This document shows, in pieces, positions 1 through 9,266 of a stretch of DNA of 64,000 nucleotides. Both the position numbers and the translations under genes were made by a program. A model generated the notes under the pieces. That model did no database searches, was not told where the DNA came from, and was given only the letters and a program-made list of their open reading frames with translations. Numbering within the stretch: position 1 is the first letter of the stretch; every line of letters starts with the position of its first letter. The DNA comes from Myxococcota bacterium (GTDB lineage: Bacteria; Myxococcota_A; SURF-8): NCBI GenBank assembly GCA_963674735.2, contig CAXXQS010000001.1:1984001-2048000 (forward strand). The letters run 5' to 3'.

Positions 1-2
1 TG

Positions 3-797
3 AACGAACTGAGCGCCGACAATGCCAAGTATTCCCGTCGTTACATCGTTCGATGTATGGGGCTTTCCGGCAACAACTACCTGAAGATGATCATCAACGG
101 CTCTCGGAACCTGACGGACGACGTGGCGCGCAAGTTAGTGGATGCCATCGCCTTGAAAGAGGACGAAGCTCGCTTCTTCTACGATCTGGTTGCCTATGGG
201 CAGGCGAAGACCACCGAGGTGAGGACCGAAGCCTTCGAAAACCTGCGGCGAAACCGGCGCTTTAAAAAGGTTCACAGCCTGGACCTGGATCACTACGATT
301 ACATGACGGATACGCTGACGCTGGCCCTGCGTGAACTGATCAACTATCCCGACTTTCAGGAAGACCCGACCTGGATATCGAGGCAGCTTACATTCAAGGC
401 CACGCCCAAGGCGATCCGCGAAGGCTTCGAAAAACTCATTCGCCTTGGACTGGTTGAGCGTGACGTGGATGGCCATCTCAAGGTCACCATGCTCCACACC
501 GCCACCGGCGACCAGTTGGGCAACGAGCCGCTACGCGTCTATCACCGGAATATGCTCAAAGCAGCAATGAAGGCACAGGACCTGCCCGCAGACAGGCGGT
601 ATTATCGGGGCCTGACCATGTCGATACCCAAGGAGATCTACGGGGAGATTGTGGACTTGTATTGTGAATTTGTTGACAAAGTACGCGCTCGGATCAATGA
701 CGCCAAGGAACCGGATCATGTGTATCACATGGAGTTGAGCCTCATTCCTCTAGCCATGCGCGATTCGAAGACGAAGGAACCGGAGAGTGCATCATGA
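3..797 (+). CDS. TIGR02147/DUF4423 family putative transcriptional regulator (5' truncated by window)
   Basis: Frame is open from position 3 (KYSRRYIVRCMGLSGNNYLKMIINGSRNL). Winged-helix-like LIRLGLVERD and C-terminal RYYRGLTMSI...VYHMELSLIPL match this family. Confidence 0.8.
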   Translation, partial: NELSADNAKYSRRYIVRCMGLSGNNYLKMIINGSRNLTDDVARKLVDAIALKEDEARFFYDLVAYGQAKTTEVRTEAFENLRRNRRFKKVHSLDLDHYDYMTDTLTLALRELINYPDFQEDPTWISRQLTFKATPKAIREGFEKLIRLGLVERDVDGHLKVTMLHTATGDQLGNEPLRVYHRNMLKAAMKAQDLPADRRYYRGLTMSIPKEIYGEIVDLYCEFVDKVRARINDAKEPDHVYHMELSLIPLAMRDSKTKEPESAS

Positions 798-1975
798 TGA
801 AACACACGTTGTTGATTTTGTGTTTACTGAGCTTGATGCTGATTATTGCGTCATGCGAAACCGATTCGAATGACTCCGTGGCCGATGGCGATAGTGACGC
901 AGAGTCGGCCCTGGACATCATCGTGCTGAAAATGGGTGGGAGCAATGATGGTGGCAACGCCATAGAAGTGTTCCTGGCTTTCGATCCCATTCTCGTCTCT
1001 TCAGCGATCACCTGGAGCGAGATCGAATTCGGTATTCACAGCGTCGGCCTTCCGAAGTCTCCGGCATGCGGAATTGCCGACAGCGTAATGCTAACTTCGG
1101 AAATCGGCCCATTTTCGCTGGATGTTATCAATGAACCAAATCTGAACTTGAAAATGCTTGTTCCTCCCGAATTGGATTTCTGCTCAATGAACGTCCTGCT
1201 GAACACCTCCGCCCTAGCGTTCCATGCCGAAGGGGTTGTCGCGGATAACCGGCGAATTGTGATCGACACCACGTTCTCCGGCCTGTTTGGATTTACCCCG
1301 AAGGAAGGGCAATTCCGATGGCAAGCCGGCAACGAGTACCAATGGCTGGCGGCGTTGGATGTGAGTGCGATGCTGCCCCTCGATCTGATCGACGAGTTGG
1401 AGCCGGATTCCGAAGGTGTGCTTCGAATCGACGCCGAGCACAATGTTGCATTCATCGTTCAGGTAGAGGAGTCGATCAGCCGCGCCATGATGCTCGTTAA
1501 CGATTCGAATAGAAACGGAGTGGCGGATGAGGAAGAACGCCGGGCAGGTACTCAAATAGGCGACGCCCGGAGCTGTGTAGACACCTGCTTAGAGAACGGT
1601 GGAGACGAAAGCACCTGCCGTGAGCGCTGCTTCGCCCCCAACGACTCAACGGCCGGCCTCCGAGCCTGCTACATGAAATGCATGGATAACGGTGGAGAAG
1701 AAATCGACTGCCGACAGCAGTGTGCGGACGCGGGCCAAAACGACAAGGCTTGCCGTGATTCCGCCAATGACACCTACGAGGGATGCATTGAGAACGGAGA
1801 TGATGAGATCACCTGCCGCGAGCGCGCCGGGGAAGTTTATGAGGAATGCCTGGTGGATCAAACGGCTGATGAGCCCATCAGTTGTGATGATGCTGAGCCG
1901 GATATGCCTTGTTGCGGCGATGATATCTGCGATGGGCCGGAAACGGCTGACAATTGTGCGGTGGACTGCTCCTAA
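794..1975 (+). CDS. Lipoprotein with C-terminal Cys-rich repeats
   Basis: Lipobox LIIASC, DGD acidic linker, repeated CxxxCxxxGGxExxCRxxC units and terminal CCGDDICDGPETADNCAVDC. Confidence 0.75.
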   Translation: MMKHTLLILCLLSLMLIIASCETDSNDSVADGDSDAESALDIIVLKMGGSNDGGNAIEVFLAFDPILVSSAITWSEIEFGIHSVGLPKSPACGIADSVMLTSEIGPFSLDVINEPNLNLKMLVPPELDFCSMNVLLNTSALAFHAEGVVADNRRIVIDTTFSGLFGFTPKEGQFRWQAGNEYQWLAALDVSAMLPLDLIDELEPDSEGVLRIDAEHNVAFIVQVEESISRAMMLVNDSNRNGVADEEERRAGTQIGDARSCVDTCLENGGDESTCRERCFAPNDSTAGLRACYMKCMDNGGEEIDCRQQCADAGQNDKACRDSANDTYEGCIENGDDEITCRERAGEVYEECLVDQTADEPISCDDAEPDMPCCGDDICDGPETADNCAVDCS

Positions 1976-2024
1976 AGCAGCGGTTTGATGGCGAGCCGAT
2001 TTTTTGCAACGAACAGAGGAAGAC

Positions 2025-3773
2025 ATGACCAAACAAACACTGATTTTCGCTTCAATACTGCTGGCATTTCTATACTTGAGCGGCTGCTCGGGTTCGTCAA
2101 TCAGTTCCCTGTCTCCGGATGGCGATTCGCAATCCACTGATGGCGATGTGGAAACGGCTGATGATGATGCTTCGGGAACGGATGGAGATATCCTTGTCGA
2201 TGGTACCAAACCGGATGGCGATACTGGCGATGGCGACGAGGAAAATCCGCTAGTCTCGGTTTCGTATCCTATCGCGGAAACCGGACAGACATACTGTTAC
2301 GATCTGGAAAATGAAATCGATTGTCCGGCGCAAGGACAGCTTTTCGCAGGACAAGACGCCCAGCACCTTGGACGCAAGATGAGTTTTCAGGATAACGGTG
2401 ATGGAACCGTTAGCGACCTAGTAACCGGATTGATGTGGGAGCAAACGCCTTCCAGTCAGTCTTTCGGTTGGCAGGAGGCGCTGGACTACTGCAATGCCTT
2501 ATCCTTTGCCAGTCACGACGACTGGCGAGCACCAAGCTTAAAAGAACTTTTTTCCATCAGTGATTTCTGCACTGGATGGCCTTATATCGACCGTTCTTAC
2601 TTCAATCTGGCTCAAAGCGGCAGTGTAAGCAAGGACGAACAGTATTGGAGCAGTAATTTCTACGAGGCAGGCACGACCCACGGCGGTCAAACCACGGCCT
2701 TCGGCGTCAATCACGGGACTGGCCACATCAAGGGATATCCCTCAGAGGCGAGTGGTCCCATGGGCAACTACGTTCGCTGCGTGCGCGGTAACGAATACGG
2801 AATCAACCAACTTGTAAACAACGGCGACGGCACGGTCACGGACGAGGCCACGGGGTTCGTCTGGACACAGGCCGACAACGGCAGCGGCATCGAATGGGAA
2901 GATGCGTTGGCTTATTGTGAAAATTTGACCCTGGCCGGTAATAGCGATTGGCGCTTGCCCGATGTCAAAGAATTGCAAAGCATCGTGGATTATTCAGGCA
3001 ACTTGCCAGCCATCAATCCGATGTTCTCTGTAACGGGAATCACCAACGAAGCCGGTGACGCCGACTTCCCATACTTCTGGACCAGCACCTCGGCCTATTT
3101 CGGAGCGAACCAACCTGAGTACTATTACGCCTGGTATGTGGCTTTCGGTTTTGCTGTGGACGGCGAAGGGAACGACACCCATGGCGCGGGAGCTGTACGC
3201 TTTGACACGAAGGTAGAAGGCGGTCCGTTGGGTGAAGGTGGAGAACGCTATTACAATTACGTGCGTTGTGTGCGAGCAGGTGCAGACACGACCGATTACG
3301 ATCCTCCTATTGATGGCGATTCGCCAGCAGATGGCGATGAAGATGCTATCGACGGTGATGGTCCACTCGTAGACGGCGATACCCCACCCGTCGATGGTGA
3401 TGGACCGGGCGACGAGCCCATCAGTTGTGAGGATGCCCAACCTGGTATGCCTTGTTGTGGTGATGACGTCTGCGACGGACCGGAAACGGCAGACAATTGT
3501 CCGGTGGACTGTGCGGCAGTCGATGGCGATGAATCGCCTGTGGACGGCGATGAACCCGTCAGACCGGTGTCCTGTGAAGAGGATGCCGATTGCCAAGTAA
3601 CCGGCGCTTGCCCGGAGGATGCGGCACTCGGGTGTATCTGTGCAAGCACCCCTGAAGGTGATTTATGCATCCCCTCCTGTTCAACCAGCGACGATTGCCC
3701 TGTATCACAGGGACAAGCGTTTACATGTTCAACGGACGGCATCTGCATTCCGCAGGGTGGACCACAACACTAA
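2025..3773 (+). CDS. DUF1566 (Lcl C-terminal) tandem-domain lipoprotein with Cys-rich tail
   Basis: RBS GAGGA, lipobox LSGC, two copies of (D/N)NGDGTVxDxxTG(L/F)xW...WxxALxYCxxL...DWRxPxxKEL...YVRCVR. Confidence 0.85.
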   Translation: MTKQTLIFASILLAFLYLSGCSGSSISSLSPDGDSQSTDGDVETADDDASGTDGDILVDGTKPDGDTGDGDEENPLVSVSYPIAETGQTYCYDLENEIDCPAQGQLFAGQDAQHLGRKMSFQDNGDGTVSDLVTGLMWEQTPSSQSFGWQEALDYCNALSFASHDDWRAPSLKELFSISDFCTGWPYIDRSYFNLAQSGSVSKDEQYWSSNFYEAGTTHGGQTTAFGVNHGTGHIKGYPSEASGPMGNYVRCVRGNEYGINQLVNNGDGTVTDEATGFVWTQADNGSGIEWEDALAYCENLTLAGNSDWRLPDVKELQSIVDYSGNLPAINPMFSVTGITNEAGDADFPYFWTSTSAYFGANQPEYYYAWYVAFGFAVDGEGNDTHGAGAVRFDTKVEGGPLGEGGERYYNYVRCVRAGADTTDYDPPIDGDSPADGDEDAIDGDGPLVDGDTPPVDGDGPGDEPISCEDAQPGMPCCGDDVCDGPETADNCPVDCAAVDGDESPVDGDEPVRPVSCEEDADCQVTGACPEDAALGCICASTPEGDLCIPSCSTSDDCPVSQGQAFTCSTDGICIPQGGPQH

Positions 3774-3799
3774 TACAGATTACGATAGCGGAGAATACA

Positions 3800-5791
3800 A
3801 TGAATACCACTCTCAAGTGCTTGTTGCTTGTCGCGTTGTCTGTTCTACTGGTAGGATGTAATTCGGATGATACGACAAGTCCTGATGTCTTTCTGGATGG
3901 CGACGGCGAAATCGCTGATGGTGATCTGTCATCTTTCGATGGTGATGCGGATTTAGATGAAACAGATAATTACGAAACCCCTGAAACAGACATAGCGGAT
4001 TCGTCTCTGGTTATCAATGAGATCGTCGCTAAAAGCAAAGACGACAATGACGAAACGCTGCCGGATTGGGTAGAGTTTTACAATCCTGGGAGCTCAATCG
4101 AAATTGGTGGGTATCTTCTCAGAGATGAAAATGATGAGAATGCATTTGCGTTTCCTGACGGAACCGTAATCGGCAGCGGAGAATATTTTGTCATCGAGAA
4201 AGATGAATCGGGCGAATTCGGCTTTCCATTTGGGTTGGGAAAAGCCGATTCCGTGCGATTGTTCAATGACGCTGACGAGCTTATCGATTCAGCAGTTTGG
4301 GATGATGGCGACTCTCCCGAAGCCGCAAGTTGGGGTAGAATCCCCAATGGACAGGGCGACTTCAAAACTCTTTATACACCCACCAAGGGGTCGGAAAACA
4401 TCGACAACACCGATGATACTCTTCCTACCGGATTGTGTGACGATGATGATCCCAATACTGTGCGCCCTGAAACTTGGAACAGACTTAGTCATTGCAGCGG
4501 TGTAGAACCGGATTACGATCAGCTCTTTGACGATACCGTCGTACATCGTATAGACATCGTTATCGATCCTGGTGATTACCAGGATACCATGGATGACCTT
4601 GAAAACCTGTATGGACATTCGCACCCCCCTATGGAAACGGCTACAGATTCAGGAGACCAAATGGTGCCGCCGCCCGATGACCCTATGGAAAGTGGTGAAG
4701 ATCCCATGTGGGTTCCCGTTACCGTGAAATACAATGGCGACACGTGGGATTACGTCGGAATGCGGTACAAAGGCAATTCATCACTCAGAAGCGCCTACCA
4801 ATCCGGTGTCAAAAAGCTATCGTTCCGGCTCAATTTTGATAAATACGAGGACGATCACCCTGCTTATGCCGATCAGAGATTTTTCGGATTCAAGAAAATG
4901 ACCTTTTCGAATGGTTACAAAGATAACAGTTTGATGCGGGATAAACTCGCTGCCGATATTTTCAGGGCCGGTGGTGTTCCTGCTGCGCGCGGTGCATTTG
5001 TAAGAATCTATGTGGATTTTGGTGAGGGCGAAACATATTTCGGACTTTACACCATGATTGAAGATCCTTCCGATGAAATGCTGGACCAGCAATTTGAGGA
5101 TGCAAGTGGAAATCTATATAAACCGGAAGGCCAAGGGGCCGCTTTCGTTTCATTTGATCAAGACAGCTTTGAAAAGAAAACCAATGAAGACGATTCCAAC
5201 TGGAGTGATGTGATTTCAGTCTTCAGTGCACTGCATGCCAATACCAGCGAAGAACAATGGCGTGCCGGGCTAGAAGCCGTATTTGATGTTGCCGGATTCC
5301 TAAAATGTTTGGCCTACAATCAGGCTATGGTTAACTGGGACAGCTACGGCATCATGGCTCACAACTACTATCTCTACGCCGATCCCAGCAATGACGGGAA
5401 AATCACTTGGTTCCCATGGGATCTGAACGAAGCCTTGTTAGTTGGTGGCATGAGCAGCAGTATTTCAGAATCTGTTATGTTGGATCAAGTCGGTAGCCAA
5501 TGGCCGATGATCAGGCTATTGCTTGATGATTCAACCTATCGAAATCAATATCAGGCCCACCTAGCATCCGCTCTAGAAATAGGTTTTGAAATCGATTTTG
5601 TGAGTTCTAAAATCCGTGCCTATCATGAACTTATTTCACCCTACGTCGTTGGTTTCAAACCCGAGCAAAGCCCATATACATTTCTCCAAAGTCCAAGTGA
5701 CTTTACCAATTCCGTCGATACTGCCAGCGACGCCTTGATTCCACATGTAACCAATAGACACTCAACGGTAAGAGATGCACTAGGTCTTTGA
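3800..5791 (+). CDS. CotH kinase family lipoprotein with lamin-tail-like domain
   Basis: Lipobox LVGC. LVINEI...DWVEFYN lamin-tail motif, VGMRYKGNSS, GNLYK, NWDSY...HNYYLY and FPWDLN are CotH motifs. Confidence 0.88.
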   Translation: MNTTLKCLLLVALSVLLVGCNSDDTTSPDVFLDGDGEIADGDLSSFDGDADLDETDNYETPETDIADSSLVINEIVAKSKDDNDETLPDWVEFYNPGSSIEIGGYLLRDENDENAFAFPDGTVIGSGEYFVIEKDESGEFGFPFGLGKADSVRLFNDADELIDSAVWDDGDSPEAASWGRIPNGQGDFKTLYTPTKGSENIDNTDDTLPTGLCDDDDPNTVRPETWNRLSHCSGVEPDYDQLFDDTVVHRIDIVIDPGDYQDTMDDLENLYGHSHPPMETATDSGDQMVPPPDDPMESGEDPMWVPVTVKYNGDTWDYVGMRYKGNSSLRSAYQSGVKKLSFRLNFDKYEDDHPAYADQRFFGFKKMTFSNGYKDNSLMRDKLAADIFRAGGVPAARGAFVRIYVDFGEGETYFGLYTMIEDPSDEMLDQQFEDASGNLYKPEGQGAAFVSFDQDSFEKKTNEDDSNWSDVISVFSALHANTSEEQWRAGLEAVFDVAGFLKCLAYNQAMVNWDSYGIMAHNYYLYADPSNDGKITWFPWDLNEALLVGGMSSSISESVMLDQVGSQWPMIRLLLDDSTYRNQYQAHLASALEIGFEIDFVSSKIRAYHELISPYVVGFKPEQSPYTFLQSPSDFTNSVDTASDALIPHVTNRHSTVRDALGL

Positions 5792-5806
5792 GAGGAAAGA
5801 CATGAC

Positions 5807-5863
5807 AAGCTGTACTTGCTGGACACTGGTATGTGTGCCTACTTGACTGAGTGGTCAAGCCCC
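5807..5863 (+). pseudogene. 19-codon remnant of an AAA-ATPase/DUF4143 gene
   Basis: Translates KLYLLDTGMCAYLTEWSSP, matching the DUF4143 KLYFxDTGL motif. It lies between the CotH stop and an IS remnant. Confidence 0.55.
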
Positions 5864-6876
5864 AATGCAGCGCCTTGAAATAGCTGGCGTCGGTCTGCCA
5901 CTGCTCGTTCACCCGCTTCGGCTTGTAGCTGTACTCCGCTGAGGCCGGAAAAGTCTTCACCGGACGCGGAAAGATCAGCCCGGCCCGTTTGAGCACGCGA
6001 TAGACCGTCGACTCGGACACCGCAAACACACCGTGATCCGTAATGTGCACAGCTACCTCCCGCGAAGACCTCTCCGGAAACTCGGCCGCCAGACGCAAAA
6101 TCTCCGATCGCTCGACATCGAGCAGTTGGTTCCACACCCGGCCCCTGTACGGGCTCTTGTCCACAAGCGCCGCTTCACCACTCGACGCATAGGCCTTCTT
6201 CCAACGGTAATAGGTCGATGGTGGCACATCGAGATCATGCAGGGTCTTGCGCACCGAAAACGGTGAACGCGCCACCGCGTCGAGCACCGCCCGTTTCATT
6301 TCGGCTTGCATCCGCTTGTACCGGACGCTTACGAGCCGAGGCTTTTTTTATATCGCAAGACAGCCAGATGCGCCTCGGCCAGGGAGATCTTGAGCTGCTC
6401 GTTCTCCGATTTCAGCTCACGCACCTCGTCATCACTGGCGTCGCGCTTCGTCTCGCGTGTCAGGCCATTTTTGCCGGCCTCCAGAAACTGTTTGGACCAG
6501 CGGTAGAACAGGCTGGGCTGGATGCCTTCTCTGCGGCAAAGCTCGGAAATCGGGATCTCGCCGCGCAAGCTCTCGACGACGATGCGGATCTTCTCGTCGG
6601 CGGAAAACTTGCGACGGGTGTTTTTGCGGATCTGTCTGACGACATCGGCCATGGGGTCCTCCTTCATAGGTTGTACCCGGCCCGGAACGGATGGTCAATC
6701 GTGGAAGCGGTCCCGACGCTGCAACGAGCTTCGGGGCGGGGCGTCTGAGGTCGCGTCCGGGATAAACCCTACGGTCCCGGAAACTCCCGCGCCGCCCCAT
6801 CAACCGCTTTCCCTTCGGCTCAGAGTCTCCCTTAATTCTCCCTAACCAACTGTCCCAAAATCGCTGACGGGGAACA
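5859..6876 (-). mobile_element. IS3/IS481-like element (IS-A), left part: orfA 6329-6652 and truncated orfB 5859-6311
   Basis: OrfA RRKFSADEKIRIVVESLRGE...ELCRREGI, an A7G slippery site, and orfB cut off after WQTDASYFKALHWG. Left end TGTTCCCCGTCAGCGATTTTGGGACA at 6876. Confidence 0.85.
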
Positions 6877-7009
6877 GTCTTGCACTCCGCCTCTTTCAAG
6901 ATCGTGACAATCTGCTCGTCCGAAAATCGCTTCCCTTTCATTAGAATTCCTCCTTGAGTCGTAGAAGGATTCTAACACATCAATGGTCCAGTTTTTGGGG
7001 AGCAGAGCA
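6877..7009 (-). mobile_element. IS3-family (IS407-like, IS-B) left-end fragment, interrupted by IS-A
   Basis: MKGKRFSDEQIVTILKEAECK and the end TGCTCTGCTCCCCAAAAACTGGAC closely match the full copy at 54853-56265. Confidence 0.85.
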
Positions 7010-7777
7010 CTGTAAAGAGGAATTGACGGGGGTTAAAATCTCCAAGACCAAAGAACTTGGGAGAACTGTTGTTGTATGTTAGGTTTGTATCCCAATGCGA
7101 CGTAATATGTCCTATCTGCTTGATATGATTTCATATTGCCTTTTTTATTGTATAAAAAGCTTGGAGTAATGATTATGCTCGTGGTAGTTTTCATGCATAC
7201 TATCATCTTTGGGTTTATAATCAATTGGAGACTGATGGGTTGCTAAGCAGCCCTGGGTTGCAAAAACCTTGCTGTGGAGCAAGCTATACTCTGACAGCAA
7301 TACAAGAACTTTAGAAAATTGTATGACATCTCTGATAATAGCCGACAACTATAGAGAATGAGGGTTCTAAAATTAGCAGGGGTGGTCTTTCTTATTTCCT
7401 CCTTTCTCCCATCCGGGTGTTCTTACATGAAATGTGCTGCATACTTTCCAGAGTCGCCTCTCTTGTAGACCTGCATTGTCGGCCTCCAATCGCTTAGAGA
7501 CACGACTCTGGCCGCCACGCAGCCAGTCTGACGCTGAGCTTTTTCATTGTATCGTTTTGGTTGCCGTGGTACATTTCCCATATGAATGCTAGGTTGTTGC
7601 TTTGGCCGACAATCCGTGGTCGTTGCAACTATCGATGATGGCAAGTGAGACACGACAGGATTTTAAGAGACAGAACCGTGTCAAGGCTGAACGGGTATTC
7701 GTTACGGAACCAGACCGCGAAGTGAAATAAGTGCCCGGAACGTTTGGCGTTGACAGACAACTAGGTGATAACACGCC

Positions 7778-9256
7778 ATGAACCTTGGATCACCCGATTT
7801 AACCCTATGGATCAAGGACCAACTTTTCGATACGGTGCCGATGAGCATCGCCGTGATCGATCGCAATTTCAACCTGGTTGCCGCAAACCACGCCTTTAAA
7901 GAATTCTTTGGTGATTGGGAAGGCCGCAAATGTCACGCGGTATATAAAAGTCGCGACAGCATCTGTCCGCACTGCAACGCCTCCGAAGCTTTTCTCGATG
8001 GGAAGTCACGCGTGGGTGAAGAAATCGGATTTGCCCGCGATGGCCAACCGACCTACTATGTCAAACATACGATTCCGATCAAAGACCCGCAGGGTAATGT
8101 CAGTTTCCTGATCGAAATGTCCATTGATGTAACTGAAAACCGACATCTTCAGAACGAATTATCCATCGCTCACACCTTTCTCGATACCTTGATTGCCACC
8201 TCACATGACGGGATCGTTGGTCTCGATGAAAAGGGACAGGTCACCGTGTTCAACCAGGCTGCTCGTCGTGTCTTTGGTGTGGCGGAGGGTCGGAAAGTGT
8301 CGGACTCCGAACTGTTCGACATGTTGCCGGAAGGGTTCATCGATCAGGTCAAAGCGGGAGATGGCACAGTGGTGCTACCAGAATCGGTTATTCATCCTGT
8401 CAAGGGGGAGGATGTCCCCGTACGCCTAATTGGTATGCGTCTCAAGTTCCGCGACCAGGTACTCGGTATGGCTTTTACCATCCAGAACCTGACCCGTATC
8501 AAGCAGTTGGAAGCCGCCAGCCTGGAATCCGAACGTCTTGCAGCCGTCGGACAAACGGTTGCCGGTTTGGCACACGGGATCAAAAATCTGGTGGCCGGGC
8601 TGGACGGGGGCATGTATATGCTCAATACTGGAATCGAATTCGGTGAATCCGACCGTATCGTTCAAGGCTGGGACATTCTCGATCGCAATATCAAGCGCAT
8701 CGGGATGTTTGTTAAAGCCTTTTTAAGCTTCAGTAAAGGGCGTGAGATTCAGGTACGGGAAGCAGACCCGGCTGAGGTTGCCGAGGAAGTTGTCGCCTTG
8801 TATTCCGTCAATGCCGAGCGATCAGGCATTGAATTGAAATATGAACCCATCGGTCGCATTCAACCGGCTCCACTTGACAGCGAAGGTCTGCACGAATGCT
8901 TGACCAACCTGGTCGGCAACGCCATCGATGCTTGTCAGATGAGCGAGCATGACAAGGTTTGCCGGGTGACCCTACGGGTCTTCGAAAAAGACGAAGCCGT
9001 CATCTATGAAGTGATCGATAACGGCTGCGGAATGGACTATGAAATCAAGCGTAAGGTATTCACAACCTTTTTTACTTCCAAGGGATTGGGTGGAACCGGC
9101 TTGGGGTTGTTGACGACCCGCAAAATTGTTCAGGAGCATGGAGGCCGCATCGAAGTGGAATCCGAACCGGGGTTGGGTTCGACCTTTCGGGTTATTTTGC
9201 CTCGTGACCGTCTGTCGAAATTGAGCAAAGACTTGCAGCCGGAGCCTTCGACCTGA
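7778..9256 (+). CDS. PAS-PAS sensor histidine kinase
   Basis: Two PAS-like segments, H-box AGLAHGIKN, N-box NLVGNAIDA, DNGCG, FFTSKGLGGTGLGL. Confidence 0.92.
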   Translation: MNLGSPDLTLWIKDQLFDTVPMSIAVIDRNFNLVAANHAFKEFFGDWEGRKCHAVYKSRDSICPHCNASEAFLDGKSRVGEEIGFARDGQPTYYVKHTIPIKDPQGNVSFLIEMSIDVTENRHLQNELSIAHTFLDTLIATSHDGIVGLDEKGQVTVFNQAARRVFGVAEGRKVSDSELFDMLPEGFIDQVKAGDGTVVLPESVIHPVKGEDVPVRLIGMRLKFRDQVLGMAFTIQNLTRIKQLEAASLESERLAAVGQTVAGLAHGIKNLVAGLDGGMYMLNTGIEFGESDRIVQGWDILDRNIKRIGMFVKAFLSFSKGREIQVREADPAEVAEEVVALYSVNAERSGIELKYEPIGRIQPAPLDSEGLHECLTNLVGNAIDACQMSEHDKVCRVTLRVFEKDEAVIYEVIDNGCGMDYEIKRKVFTTFFTSKGLGGTGLGLLTTRKIVQEHGGRIEVESEPGLGSTFRVILPRDRLSKLSKDLQPEPST

Positions 9257-9266
9257 TGGGGATTTG

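Noticed and set aside
1868-3513. Diversity-generating retroelement TR/VR pair associated with the DUF1566 gene
   Set aside because: No reverse transcriptase in the window, both copies are coding, and the differences are not confined to adenines.
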